A DNA stretch of 61,160 bases from an archaeon (GCA_043819075.1 JBDRFE010000029.1:1-61160), one strand, 5' to 3'; numbered from the stretch's first letter, positions 45,103 to 55,091 are shown. The notes: generated by a model from the sequence alone, not told the origin. Program-made: numbers and translations.

Positions 45103-46851
45103 ATGGCTGACAAAGAAACACTGTATTCAAGCATTAAGAAACTGCTTTCACTGAATGTATCAGAAGACGAAATAATAATGAATTTAGAGGAAGTCGGAAT
45201 AAACAAGCAGGAAGCAAAAAGCCTTTTAAGGGAAGTCAAGGCACAGCAGTCAGCCAAAAAAGAAGAAAAAAAAGAAGAACCAGTTAAAACACAATTCAAG
45301 GAAACAAGAAAAGAACTGCAAAAAAAAATCCTGAAAGAAAAAGAATTCATTGAAAAAGAGCCAGAACAGCCAAAGCCAAGAGAAAAACCCAAAGAAGTTT
45401 TTTCAAAGCTTCATGCAGGTGAAACAGAGGTATGGGAGAAAGGAATCCTGACAGTAGTTAATGAAAGGCTGGATGAAATAGAAAAAATCAGGGACAACAT
45501 AGAAGAAATAATTAACGAAAAAATAAAACAAGAACTTGAAAAAGAATCAAAAAAAATTAAAGTGTTATTGGAATCGCAAAGAGAATTGCTGGTTGACAAA
45601 ATAAATTCTTCTCTTGAAGTGAAATCAAAAGAATTAAGCTCTGGAATCGAGTCAAAGCTCATTGCATTAAAGGAAATAAAGATTTCTCTTTCAGAGACAA
45701 ACAGGAAAACAGAAGAAAAAGCAAAAGAAGATGAATTAATCCTTGGGGAAATTAAGTCAAAATTGAATGAAGTTGAAGTATCAAAAAAAGGCCTTGTCAA
45801 AGCATTAAAGAATGAAATGGAAGACTTAAAGAATGAATCAAAGCAGTTCATGTTTGATTCATCCAAGCAAATAGAAGAGCTTGATGACAGGGTAAACAAA
45901 GCCTTGGAGCTTGAATCAAAGATAACTGAAGGCTTAGTGAATACAGCTGAAAAAAAAGTTGAAGAAATAACTGTAAAACAGACTGAACGCATTTCAAGGG
46001 AACTTGAAAAAAAACTTAATGCATTCGAGGAATTAACAAGAAAAATTAATCCAAAACAGACAGAAGAAAACATTAGAAAGCTTTCAGCCGACTTTGAAGT
46101 AAAGATTTCAAACATTATAAGAGAAAAAGAAGATGAAATGGATGAAGTAATTAAGCTGAAAATAAAGGAAATAGAGGAAATAAAAAAGAAAATGGAACAA
46201 GATTCAACTGCAAAAAAGATTGCAGCTGAAATGGAAATGAAAATGGAGGCTTTCAGGATGAACCTTCAGAAAGAAATAGATGAATCCCTGCAGGAAATAG
46301 AGAACACTAAAACAGAATTAAAGAAATTTATTGCAGCCCAGCTGGCTGAATCTGCAACAGAATCACAGGGACAACTTGAAAGCCTGTACGAGCAAAGAAG
46401 GAAAGAGCTTGACAGCTTTCAGAAACAGATAATAAAAAACACTAATTTAACTGAATTCAAGCAGAAAATAGATGAACTTGATATATTCAAAGACCATTTC
46501 ATTAAAACCATAAAAAAAAGCCTTGAAGACATGAATGCCCAAAAAGAAGAAATTGAAGTTTTGTTGGAAAAAAGAGAAAAACAAGTAGAAGAAAGAATAA
46601 ATGAAGTTGACTCTAAACTAAAAGAATTAGATGAATTTGAAAAATCTTTTGCAAAAGAAATGGGATTAAAGTTAGAGCAGATAAGCAGAGCCAAGTCATT
46701 AAGACAGGAAGTTCGGGAAATAAGGGCGAGAACGCCTGAAACCAGAACTTCTTCTGCGCCAGAAAAAGAAAAATCGGTTAAAGCAACAAAAACTGCGTTC
46801 AAAAGCGGGAAACAAAAAAAGTCTTCTTCTCCCGGCAGAGGAATACGTTAA
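45103..46851 (+). CDS. Long coiled-coil hypothetical protein
   Basis: 582 aa, E/K-rich heptad pattern, no TM or NTPase motifs. Confidence 0.75.
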   Translation: MADKETLYSSIKKLLSLNVSEDEIIMNLEEVGINKQEAKSLLREVKAQQSAKKEEKKEEPVKTQFKETRKELQKKILKEKEFIEKEPEQPKPREKPKEVFSKLHAGETEVWEKGILTVVNERLDEIEKIRDNIEEIINEKIKQELEKESKKIKVLLESQRELLVDKINSSLEVKSKELSSGIESKLIALKEIKISLSETNRKTEEKAKEDELILGEIKSKLNEVEVSKKGLVKALKNEMEDLKNESKQFMFDSSKQIEELDDRVNKALELESKITEGLVNTAEKKVEEITVKQTERISRELEKKLNAFEELTRKINPKQTEENIRKLSADFEVKISNIIREKEDEMDEVIKLKIKEIEEIKKKMEQDSTAKKIAAEMEMKMEAFRMNLQKEIDESLQEIENTKTELKKFIAAQLAESATESQGQLESLYEQRRKELDSFQKQIIKNTNLTEFKQKIDELDIFKDHFIKTIKKSLEDMNAQKEEIEVLLEKREKQVEERINEVDSKLKELDEFEKSFAKEMGLKLEQISRAKSLRQEVREIRARTPETRTSSAPEKEKSVKATKTAFKSGKQKKSSSPGRGIR

Positions 46852-46878
46852 AAGGCTGTTAACTCTATCAAGCTGAAA

Positions 46879-47061
46879 GCGAAGATATTGCTTCGTTGCT
46901 CGCGCTCGAAACCGTTAACGCGAAGCATATACGGCTTTACGCCGCAGCCGTCACGTTCGGCTGGTGTACGCGCACCACGTAAAGTGGTGCTAGCACGGCT
47001 TTATGCCGTGCGCCGTCACACTCGCACGGAAGCGAGTCGGTGCTCGCGGGCGAAACCGCGA
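46879..47061. repeat. GC-rich tandem hairpin array abutting the tRNA-Val 3' end
   Basis: At least seven stems, e.g. GCACCAC-GTAAA-GTGGTGC, GCACGGC-TTTAT-GCCGTGC, CAGCCG/CGGCTG, ACTCGC/GCGAGT, TCGCGG/CCGCGA. Confidence 0.8.
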
Positions 47062-47133
47062 TGGACCTGGGCGGAATCGAACCGCCAGTCTTCTGCACGT
47101 CAAGCAGACGTCATGCCACTAGACTACAGGTCC
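47062..47133 (-). tRNA. tRNA-Val(GAC)
   Basis: Minus strand: acceptor GGACCTG/CAGGTCC, anticodon arm TCTGC-TTGACGT-GCAGA, T arm GGCGG-TTCGATT-CCGCC, discriminator A. Confidence 0.95.
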
Positions 47134-47235
47134 AAAACCCTTTCCAAAGGGTTTAACGAAATGCACAGGGCAAGCCTGTGCTGCTTTTTTAAATTAACAA
47201 AAATATGGCTTAAAATCTTGTGTTAGGTAAGCTTT

Positions 47236-48144
47236 TTAAATTTTAGATAATTTACTGCACACAGAACAGATTTTTCCAGAGCTTGGGGCGCCGCATATTC
47301 CGCATGAACCTTCTTTTTGTTTTGTTTTAATCAATGGCTTTAAGTTTTCAAAGCTTGAAAGAATTGAATAAAATGTTCCAGGAAACTTGTTTTCCATTTC
47401 ATTTAACATTGACCTGAAAGCATTTCTTTTAGCCTGCCAGGAAAAAGGGCAGCAGTTTTCACTGAAATGATTTATTTCATTTAAGCTGGCGAAAGCAATA
47501 ACCTCTTTTTCCGGAGTCAAATACAACGGCTTAATCCTTGGAACAAGATTTTTTCCGCCCTCGGTTTTTGCCCCAAGCATCGCCATTCTCGTAAAATCGT
47601 TGTCAAAAAAATTCATTGAAATGCTTTGAATTTCGTCATCCAAGTTATGGCCTGTTGCAAGTTTTGTTGCATTTAATTCCATTGCCCCTGTGTTTAATAG
47701 TTTTCTTCTGAATGGCCCGCAAAAAGAACAAGTTGAACCCAAGGTTTTTTTTCTGCCTGTTTTCTTCATTACTTCAGTCATTTGTGTTCCAAGCTTTTCC
47801 TTGAATGAAAGGATTTTGAATTCAATGTTTTTTTCGTTTAAGGTTTTTATTGCAGCCTTAATTGCTTTGTCCCTGTAATTTGGTATTCCTTCATCAATCA
47901 GCAAAGCCTTTATTGTCTGTGGCTTTGAATAAAATTTGTGCATTAAATGCAGTAAAACCATTGAATCTTTTCCGCCTGAAACCCCTATTGCAATAACATC
48001 GTTTTTGTCAAGTAATTCATATTTTCTTATTGTTTTCCTGAACCTTTGCTCGAAAAAATGATTAAAGTGTGTGCTGCAAAAATTGTGCGGCCCGTAAGCT
48101 AAAAAAAATTTTGCTGTACTATTGCATCTGTCGCATTTAGCCAT
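47236..48144 (-). CDS. TtuA/Ncs6/Ctu1-family tRNA 2-thiolation protein
   Basis: N-terminal CxxC, SGGKDS PP-loop, CSFC, GHNLDD, C-terminal CxxC..CxxC. Confidence 0.88.
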   Translation of the reverse strand: MAKCDRCNSTAKFFLAYGPHNFCSTHFNHFFEQRFRKTIRKYELLDKNDVIAIGVSGGKDSMVLLHLMHKFYSKPQTIKALLIDEGIPNYRDKAIKAAIKTLNEKNIEFKILSFKEKLGTQMTEVMKKTGRKKTLGSTCSFCGPFRRKLLNTGAMELNATKLATGHNLDDEIQSISMNFFDNDFTRMAMLGAKTEGGKNLVPRIKPLYLTPEKEVIAFASLNEINHFSENCCPFSWQAKRNAFRSMLNEMENKFPGTFYSILSSFENLKPLIKTKQKEGSCGICGAPSSGKICSVCSKLSKI

Positions 48145-48253
48145 ATAAGGACAGCATAAACACAACCTTTAAAACCTCTTGCGTTAAAAAATTATTATTA
48201 AAGGTAAAATTTAACCTGATTTTATTTTGTGTTTTTTTGTTGAAAGTGATTTA

Positions 48254-48853
48254 ATGTCTTACACTAAAGCAGTAAAAGAAACATTCCAGAAAGAGTATTC
48301 CGGAGAAAAAGGGCCATATGACTATAACAGGCTGTACAAGGAAAGGCTGATTGAATTCAGAAAAGAAAAACAGTCTATTGTAAGGCTGGAAAAACCCACT
48401 AATATTCCTAGGGCAAGAACTTTAGGCTATAAAGCAAAAAAAGGAATTTTTGTTGTAAGAGCCAGAATCAGAAAAGGTTCTGGAACAAAAACAAGGCCGG
48501 TTAAAGGAAGAAGGCCTAAAAGAATGGGTTTTATTAAATTAACCAGAAGAAAAAGCATTCAGGCAATGGCTGAAATAAGGGCTTCGGCAAAATACCCTAA
48601 TTGTGAGGTCTTAAACTCTTATTGGGTTGGAGAAGACGGAAAAAACAAGTACTTTGAAATAATTTTAGTTGACGTTAATGCCCCTGAAATAAAGTCAGAT
48701 AAGGACTTAAAATGGCTTGCAGAAAAACAGCACGATGGAAGAGCTGAAAGAGGATTGACTTCTGCAGGAAAAAAATCCCGCGGAATGAAATCAAAGAGAA
48801 AAAACACTCATAAAAACAGGCCAAGCAGAAGAAGCAACCAAAGGCAAGGATAA
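48254..48853 (+). CDS. rpl15e: 50S ribosomal protein L15e
   Basis: [27 protein letters not shown] motifs. Confidence 0.96.
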   Translation: MSYTKAVKETFQKEYSGEKGPYDYNRLYKERLIEFRKEKQSIVRLEKPTNIPRARTLGYKAKKGIFVVRARIRKGSGTKTRPVKGRRPKRMGFIKLTRRKSIQAMAEIRASAKYPNCEVLNSYWVGEDGKNKYFEIILVDVNAPEIKSDKDLKWLAEKQHDGRAERGLTSAGKKSRGMKSKRKNTHKNRPSRRSNQRQG

Positions 48854-48880
48854 TTAAAGTTTTTTACCTATTTTTTTGTT

Positions 48881-49471
48881 ATGCAGGACATTGTTTTTTA
48901 TTCAAGTGAATTTAATTTAAGCGAGTTAGCTGAAAAACAAAAACTTTTAGGCAACACTGAAGTTGTTTTGTGCAGGAATTTTTCTGACAAAGAATTAAAT
49001 GAATTAAAAGAAAAACTAAAACAATCTTTTCCGGTAAAATTTTTTTCCTGTTATTTAATGCTGAAAAACGATTCAAGGGAATTAAACAGCTTCAAGAACA
49101 AAACAGATTTCATTGCAGTTTTAGGGGGAAACCCCTGCATAAACAATTTTGCTGTTTCAAGCAAAAAAATTGATTTTTTAATCAGGCCCTGTGCTGAAGG
49201 AAGGCTTGTATTTGATACAGCTCTTGCAAGGCTTTCAAAAGAAAATAACACTAAAATAATTATTCCTTTTTCGCAGTTTCTTGGCGCAGATTCCCATAAA
49301 AGAATTTCTTTAACCAAAAATTATGCTTTTATGCTGAAAATAGCAAAAAAGTTTAAATTAATTCCAGAGATAGTTTCTTTTGCGCATTCAGTTAATGAAC
49401 TGCGTTCAGTGGAAGAACTTCTGGAATTCAAGAAATTCCTTGAAAAAAAGTATGTGAAGGCAAGTGAATGA
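48881..49471 (+). CDS. rnp3: RNase P protein Rpp30-like (divergent)
   Basis: Position between L15e and Pop5; weak PHP-like pattern (D..LARLSKEN). Confidence 0.65.
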   Translation: MQDIVFYSSEFNLSELAEKQKLLGNTEVVLCRNFSDKELNELKEKLKQSFPVKFFSCYLMLKNDSRELNSFKNKTDFIAVLGGNPCINNFAVSSKKIDFLIRPCAEGRLVFDTALARLSKENNTKIIIPFSQFLGADSHKRISLTKNYAFMLKIAKKFKLIPEIVSFAHSVNELRSVEELLEFKKFLEKKYVKASE

Positions 49472-49815
49472 ACAAAAAAAAATCTGTTAATCCTATTCCG
49501 TTGTCTTTGAGGGACAGGAAAAGGTATTTGGTTTTTCAGTTAATTTCAGATAAAAGCTTTCAGGAAAAAAGCATTGCAGTTGCGTTAAAAAATCATTTAA
49601 CAAGAATGTTCGGCGAACTTGGCTTGGGCAAAATGAATTACCAGTTCATTTTATTCAATGAAAAAACAGGCAAAGGCATAATAAAATGCAGGCACACTGC
49701 AGTAGAAGACTTAAAAGCAGGGATTTTGCTGTTAAAAGAAATCAACGGAGTCAAAGTAATTCCAAGAACACTCAAAACTTCAGGGACTGTAAAGAAAGCC
49801 AAATCTTTTGCCTGA
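49468..49815 (+). CDS. rnp2: RNase P protein Pop5/Rpp14
   Basis: LRDRKRYLVF, GIIKC, SGTVKKA motifs. Confidence 0.9.
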   Translation: MNKKKSVNPIPLSLRDRKRYLVFQLISDKSFQEKSIAVALKNHLTRMFGELGLGKMNYQFILFNEKTGKGIIKCRHTAVEDLKAGILLLKEINGVKVIPRTLKTSGTVKKAKSFA

Positions 49816-49906
49816 AGCACCTTTTATAAAACTATTTGTATTTAAATAGTTAAGAAGGAAAAAGAAGTTTTGAAAAGTTTTGATAAAACTTTTTGAAAAG
49901 TTTTAG

Positions 49907-50650
49907 GTGATTGGATTGTATCCTGGTTCTAAGGTTTCAAGTGCAGCATACGACAGGGCTGCAACAATGTTTTCCCCTGACGGAAGATTATATCAAGTAG
50001 AGTATGCGTCAAAAATAGTTGAACAAGGCACTTTAGGAATTGGCTTTGTGTACGATAAAGGAGTTTTATTTGGCGCAGACAAAAAGATTTCAAGTTCTTT
50101 GCTGCTGCCGAATTCAATTGAAAAACTCTTCAGCATTGACGACCACATTTCTGCTATTTCTTCTGGTTTAGTGGGAGACGCAAGAAGATTAGTTCAGATT
50201 GCAAGGCAGGAAAGCCAGGAAAACAAGGCTTATTACGGGGAGCCAATTCATGTTGAAACTTTAGTTAAAAAAATTGCTGCAATAATGCAGGTTTTCACGC
50301 AATACGGGGGCATGAGGCCTTTTGGCGTGAGTTTTATTTTCGGGGGCATTGACCCTAATGGAGAAAAAAAATTATTTGAAGCAGAACCATCTGGTGCATT
50401 AGCTGAATACAAGGCTGTTGCAATAGGAAAAAACAAGAAAGAGGCTACAAAAGTATTGGAGACAGGGTTTAAAGATGGAATGAATAAGAAAGATGCAGTG
50501 AATTTAATGGTTAAGGCTGTAAAAGCAAGTGTGCTTGAAAACGAGAAATTTGATGTAAACAAGCTTGATTTTGCTTTTGTTGAACAGGGAATTTCATTTA
50601 CAAGGCTTTCAGCAGAAGAATTAATTAACCTGACTTCAAACAAAAAATAA
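49907..50650 (+). CDS. psmA: Proteasome alpha subunit
   Basis: YDRAATMFSPDGRLYQVEYA, RPFGVS motifs. Confidence 0.96.
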   Translation: MIGLYPGSKVSSAAYDRAATMFSPDGRLYQVEYASKIVEQGTLGIGFVYDKGVLFGADKKISSSLLLPNSIEKLFSIDDHISAISSGLVGDARRLVQIARQESQENKAYYGEPIHVETLVKKIAAIMQVFTQYGGMRPFGVSFIFGGIDPNGEKKLFEAEPSGALAEYKAVAIGKNKKEATKVLETGFKDGMNKKDAVNLMVKAVKASVLENEKFDVNKLDFAFVEQGISFTRLSAEELINLTSNKK

Positions 50651-50703
50651 TGCTTTCAGCTTTTGTTTGGTTTCACAGCACTTTCTAGGAAAAAGGTTTT
50701 TTT

Positions 50704-51393
50704 ATGGTTAAAGTCAGCGAAGCAATAATTGCAAGATACGAGAAAGACGGGGAAAAATTTGAGGTATTGGTTGACTCAAACCTTTCAATGGAATTAAAGA
50801 AAGGAAAAAAAGTTAATTTTAATGAATTGCTTGCAATTGACACTGTATTCAAGGATGCAGGCAAAGGCACAGAGGCTTCTCCTGAAGCAATTTCAAAGGC
50901 TTTTGGCTCGACTGACATAGAAAAAGTTGTTGAAAAAATAATTAAGGATGGCAGAGTCCAGCTGACAACAGAGCAGAGAAAAAAAATTCTGGAGCAGAGG
51001 AAAAGGGAATTAATTGATTTTATTTCAAGGAATGCAATTAATCCCCAGACTAAAACACCTCATCCTCCGCAGAGAATTGAAAACGTTTTAGAGGAAGCAA
51101 AAATTCATGTTGATCCAACGAAATCAGTTCAAGAGCAGTTGCCTGAAATAATGCATAAAATAAAAATGCTTATCCCGATTTCATTGGAAAAAATCAGGAT
51201 TGCGTTCAAGATTCCAGCAGAATACGCTGGAAAAGCAAATCACTTATTGCACAAGTATGAGTTAAAGCAAGAGGAATGGACTGCAGATGGTTCTTTAGTG
51301 GTGGTATTAGAACTGCCTTCTGGTGCAAAAGAAGATTTATTGAATGAATTAGGGCATTTAACCAAGGGAAACATTGAATCAAAAATACTTTAA
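50704..51393 (+). CDS. Ribosome maturation factor SBDS/Sdo1
   Basis: GEKFEVLV, QLTTEQR, PHPPQRIE motifs. Confidence 0.95.
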   Translation: MVKVSEAIIARYEKDGEKFEVLVDSNLSMELKKGKKVNFNELLAIDTVFKDAGKGTEASPEAISKAFGSTDIEKVVEKIIKDGRVQLTTEQRKKILEQRKRELIDFISRNAINPQTKTPHPPQRIENVLEEAKIHVDPTKSVQEQLPEIMHKIKMLIPISLEKIRIAFKIPAEYAGKANHLLHKYELKQEEWTADGSLVVVLELPSGAKEDLLNELGHLTKGNIESKIL

Positions 51394-51420
51394 AAAATTG
51401 TGTTTTTAGGAGGGAATTCC

Positions 51421-52038
51421 ATGAAAAAAATAGTTGTTCCAGGGGAACTTGTAACTGAACAGAGAAAAAGGACAGGCGAGCATGTTTTTGCGTTTAACGG
51501 AAAAATTTACTCTGATGTTGTTGGCATGACTGACAGCGAATCAGACACTGCTTTTGTTGTGCCATTAAAAGGCTTTTATGTGCCAAAAAAAGATGACATT
51601 GTAATTGGCTTGATTGTAAGCGAATTATTTTCAGGCTTTTTGGTTGACATTAATTCTTTTTATTTGTCTTTTCTTTCAAAAGAGTATTTAAGGGAGCCGT
51701 TAAAAAGAGGCTCTGTTGTTTCTGTAAGGATTTCAAAAGTCAATGAATTAAATGAAGCAGATGTAACTGATGCAAGGGTTTTTTATGGCGGGGAAATTTT
51801 TTCAATTCTGTCAATTAAAGTTCCCAGAATAATAGGAAAGAATGCTTCAATGCTTGAAATACTTAAAAGAGGGACAAACAGCAATTTTGTTGTCGGAAGA
51901 AACGGGCGCATTTGGGCTAAAGGCGGAAACACAAAGCTCCTTTTCAGGGCAATAAAAAAAATAGAGCAGGAAGCTCATACATCAAATTTAACCAACAAGA
52001 TGTCTGATTTCCTGGTAAAAGAAAAAAATAATGTTTAA
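51421..52038 (+). CDS. rrp4: Exosome RNA-binding subunit Rrp4
   Basis: VVPGE, S1 domain, KVPRIIGK..SM, VGRNGRIW KH motifs. Confidence 0.93.
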   Translation: MKKIVVPGELVTEQRKRTGEHVFAFNGKIYSDVVGMTDSESDTAFVVPLKGFYVPKKDDIVIGLIVSELFSGFLVDINSFYLSFLSKEYLREPLKRGSVVSVRISKVNELNEADVTDARVFYGGEIFSILSIKVPRIIGKNASMLEILKRGTNSNFVVGRNGRIWAKGGNTKLLFRAIKKIEQEAHTSNLTNKMSDFLVKEKNNV

Positions 52039-52056
52039 TTTTGAAGGTGAAATAAA

Positions 52057-52866
52057 GTGACAAAAGAAGAAAAAAAAGTTTATGTAAATAAAAAAGGATT
52101 GCGCCTTGACGGAAGAAAAACAGATGAGACAAGGCCGATAACAATTAAGGCAGGAGTATTAAAGAACGCAAAAGGTTCCTGTTACCTTACCTGGGGGCAG
52201 AACAAGGTTTTAGTTTCAGTTAACGGGCCGAATGAAGTGCTTCCAAAACACATGTCTGACCCATTGAAAGCAATAATTAAATTCAATTACCGAATGGCTG
52301 CTTTCTCTGTTCCAGACAGGAAAAACCCAAAGCCTGGAAGAAGGGATATAGAGATTTCAAAGGTATGCGGTGAAGCATTAGAGAAAGCAATTTTTGTTGA
52401 AAAATACCCTAATTCCCAGATAGAGGTTTGGGCGCAGATTTTGGACAGCAATGCAGGCTCTAGGGCTGCAGCATTAACTGCTGCTTCAGTTGCATTAGCT
52501 GATGCAGGAATTCCGATGAGGGATTTGGTTACTTCTGTTGCAGTCGGCAGGGTTGACGGAAAAATTGTTCTGGATTTGAATAAAGAAGAAGAAGATGCAC
52601 CTGATGCAGTTGACATGCCTGTTGCATTGCTTTCAAATTCAAAAGAAATTGTTTTGCTTCAGATGGATGGCTTGTTTTCAAAAAAAGAATGGGAAGAAGC
52701 ATTTGAGGTTGCAGCAAAAGGCATTGATGAAATAAAAAAATTGCAGGTGAATGCATTAAGGGAACAATTTGAAAACACTTTTTCGGATGAAAAAGCAAAT
52801 GAACTTAATCCAGAGAAAATTACTGAAAAAACAATATCAGATGAAACAAAAACAGGGGTGCAGTAA
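52057..52866 (+). CDS. rrp41: Exosome subunit Rrp41
   Basis: RLDGRK, PGRRDIEIS, AGSRAAA, DAVDMP motifs. Confidence 0.93.
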   Translation: MTKEEKKVYVNKKGLRLDGRKTDETRPITIKAGVLKNAKGSCYLTWGQNKVLVSVNGPNEVLPKHMSDPLKAIIKFNYRMAAFSVPDRKNPKPGRRDIEISKVCGEALEKAIFVEKYPNSQIEVWAQILDSNAGSRAAALTAASVALADAGIPMRDLVTSVAVGRVDGKIVLDLNKEEEDAPDAVDMPVALLSNSKEIVLLQMDGLFSKKEWEEAFEVAAKGIDEIKKLQVNALREQFENTFSDEKANELNPEKITEKTISDETKTGVQ

Positions 52867-52867
52867 A

Positions 52868-53650
52868 ATGCATAAAGACATATTGCTTGAATTCAGGGCA
52901 GAAAAAGTTTTGAACAGCTTAAAGGAATCAAAAAGATTGGATGGAAGAAAATTAGATGAATACAGGAAGATTTCAGTTGAAAAAAACCTTTACCAGAATG
53001 CAGAAGGCTCTGCAAAAGTTTTTTTGGGTGACACTGAAGTTGTTGCCGGAATAAAATTCATTGCAGGAAAACCTTATCCTGATACACCAGACGAAGGAAC
53101 AATTTCTGTTGGAGCAGAACTGCTTCCATTGGCTTCGCCTTATTTTGAGTCAGGCCCTCCTTCATCTGAGTCAATTGAATTGTCAAGGATTGTTGACCGC
53201 GGCATAAGAGAATCAAAGGCAGTTGATTTCAAGAAATTATGCCTTGAAGAAGGAGAAACAGTTTTTGTTGTTTTTGTTGACATTTATGCAGTCAACTTTG
53301 ACGGAAACCTGTTTGATGCTTCAGCTATTGCTGCAATTTCTGCTTTAAATGAAGCAAAAATTCCTAAAGTAGAAGACGGAAAAATAGTGAAAGACGAGTT
53401 TTCAGGAAAACTAAAACTGAAAAGAAAGCCTTTGCTGAGTACTTTTGCTAAAATAGGTAACACTCTTGTTGTTGACCCTGACTTACTGGAAGAAACTGCA
53501 ATGCAGGCAAGGTTTTCTGTTGCAACAACAGAAGACAATTATATTTCTGCGTTCCAGAAAGGCCTGTCAGGTTCAATAAAAAAAGAAGACGTTGACTCTG
53601 CAATAGACACTGCATTCAGTGCAGCAAAAGAAATAAGGAAACTAATCTGA
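52868..53650 (+). CDS. rrp42: Exosome subunit Rrp42
   Basis: RLDGR, AEGSA.V.LG.T.V, P.PDTPDEG, DGNLFDA motifs; start moved to MHKD. Confidence 0.93.
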   Translation: MHKDILLEFRAEKVLNSLKESKRLDGRKLDEYRKISVEKNLYQNAEGSAKVFLGDTEVVAGIKFIAGKPYPDTPDEGTISVGAELLPLASPYFESGPPSSESIELSRIVDRGIRESKAVDFKKLCLEEGETVFVVFVDIYAVNFDGNLFDASAIAAISALNEAKIPKVEDGKIVKDEFSGKLKLKRKPLLSTFAKIGNTLVVDPDLLEETAMQARFSVATTEDNYISAFQKGLSGSIKKEDVDSAIDTAFSAAKEIRKLI

Positions 53651-53658
53651 GGGATAAA

Positions 53659-54075
53659 ATGACTACAAAAAAAGTTTATTCAGCCGGAAGATTTGGTTCA
53701 AGATACGGGGTTGGAATAAGGAAAAGGGTTGTAAAAGTTGAATTAAAGCAGAAAGAAAAACATAAATGCCCTTTATGCGGTTTAGGCGCATTAAAAAGGC
53801 AGGCTGCAGGAATTTATTTGTGCCCTAAATGCGGGAAAGCGTTTGCCGGAGGAGCTTATACACCTGAAACAATGACTGGTTCTTTGATAAAAAAAATGGT
53901 TTCACAGAAACAGTTTTCTGCCCGAGAATTTGAAAAACTTGACAGGGAAATTGATTTGAAAGAAGAAGAACCTGAAAAAAAAGAGGAAAAAAAGGAATCA
54001 GGGAAAGAGAAATTTCTTTCAAAAGCAAAAACTGTTTTAGGCATGAATAAACCTAAAAAAGAAGAAAAAGATTAA
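53659..54075 (+). CDS. rpl37ae: 50S ribosomal protein L37Ae with charged C-terminal extension
   Basis: GRFGSRYG, CPLC..CPKC, AGGAY motifs. Confidence 0.93.
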   Translation: MTTKKVYSAGRFGSRYGVGIRKRVVKVELKQKEKHKCPLCGLGALKRQAAGIYLCPKCGKAFAGGAYTPETMTGSLIKKMVSQKQFSAREFEKLDREIDLKEEEPEKKEEKKESGKEKFLSKAKTVLGMNKPKKEEKD

Positions 54076-54089
54076 AGGGGGAATACAGT

Positions 54090-54239
54090 TTGAAGAAAAG
54101 CGAAGGAAAATACCAGTGCCAGAAATGCGGGGAAAAATTTGATGAACTGCCTAAAGGGGTTTTCAGGTGCCCTGCATGCGCATACAAGATAATAATGAAG
54201 TTAAGCCAGCCTGTGTTAAGGAAGATAAAGGCAGAATAG
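54090..54239 (+). CDS. rpoP: RNA polymerase subunit P (Rpo12) (not in ORF track)
   Basis: TTG start after GGGGGA; YQCQKCG...RCPACAYKIIMK; canonical position after L37Ae. Confidence 0.9.
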   Translation: MKKSEGKYQCQKCGEKFDELPKGVFRCPACAYKIIMKLSQPVLRKIKAE

Positions 54240-54248
54240 GTTTTTTTA

Positions 54249-54515
54249 ATGGAATTAGAAAACTATTCTTTTTTTCTTGATGCAAGCATTGATTTTGGCT
54301 CAAAAAAGAATGCAGAGTTTGCATTAAAGGCAATAGCACAGGATGTACTGAATTCAAGGGCAAGAAGCATTACAAGCATTACCCTTAAAAAGAATATTTT
54401 TTTAATTAATATTAAGGCAAGAGACAAGACGGCTTTAAGGGCTTCATTTAATTCTGTTTTGAAGCCGTTGATTGTATTCAATGAATTAAGTTTTGGAGGT
54501 AAAATCAATGGATGA
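54249..54515 (+). CDS. pcc1: KEOPS complex subunit Pcc1
   Basis: I.ARD.TALRASFNS motif; canonical position. Confidence 0.85.
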   Translation: MELENYSFFLDASIDFGSKKNAEFALKAIAQDVLNSRARSITSITLKKNIFLINIKARDKTALRASFNSVLKPLIVFNELSFGGKING

Positions 54516-54846
54516 ACAAAAAATTGACCAGGAAAGAATTGACTTTGAAAGGCAGAGGAACCAGTTAATGCAGTTGTCTTCACAAAAGCAGCAGTTGCAG
54601 TTCCAGGACAAATTATTAAAAGAGACACTGGACGAAGTTTCAAAAACAAAAGAAGAAAAAGTTTACAAGGCAGTGGGAAATATTTTGATTCTTTCTCCTG
54701 TAAGCGAAGTGAAAAAAGAAATTGAAAAACAGCTTGAATCAATTAAGTTAAGGCTTGATACAGTTAAGAAACAGGAAGACATTTCAGTTGACAAAATGAA
54801 TAAATTAAAGAACAGGATTGAATCAAAAAACAAGAAAGAAGAATAA
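54508..54846 (+). CDS. pfdB: Prefoldin beta subunit
   Basis: Coiled coils flanking VYKAVGNILI; GGAGGT SD. Confidence 0.9.
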   Translation: MDEQKIDQERIDFERQRNQLMQLSSQKQQLQFQDKLLKETLDEVSKTKEEKVYKAVGNILILSPVSEVKKEIEKQLESIKLRLDTVKKQEDISVDKMNKLKNRIESKNKKEE

Positions 54847-54866
54847 TTCAATAGCAGTTCAGTTTT

Positions 54867-55091
54867 TCATTTCATGCATTCTTCGTGGCATGCAATCCAT
54901 GAACTGAATTCGTTTTCTGAATTCATTTTTTCGTCGCATGATTCACTGCAGTAAATATTTTTTTCTTTCAGTGAACTGAATTCTTTTACTGCATTTCCTT
55001 CAATTCCTGTATTCATGAATACAATGAAAATGCTTGTTGCAATAAAAGCCATTGCAAAAAGCAATGCAAGTGTCTTATGTTTTTGCTCCAT
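54867..55091 (-). CDS. Small membrane-anchored Cys-containing protein
   Basis: N-terminal TM, TGNAV-like GNAV linker, C..C...C..C tail. Confidence 0.6.
   Translation of the reverse strand: MEQKHKTLALLFAMAFIATSIFIVFMNTGIEGNAVKEFSSLKEKNIYCSESCDEKMNSENEFSSWIACHEECMK

Noticed and set aside
46879-47061. CRISPR array
   Set aside because: No identical direct repeats with regular unique spacers and no cas genes in the window.
46888-47226. 112-aa ORF on + strand
   Set aside because: It is the antisense reading of tRNA-Val plus the GC-rich hairpin array; composition is unlike real genes here.
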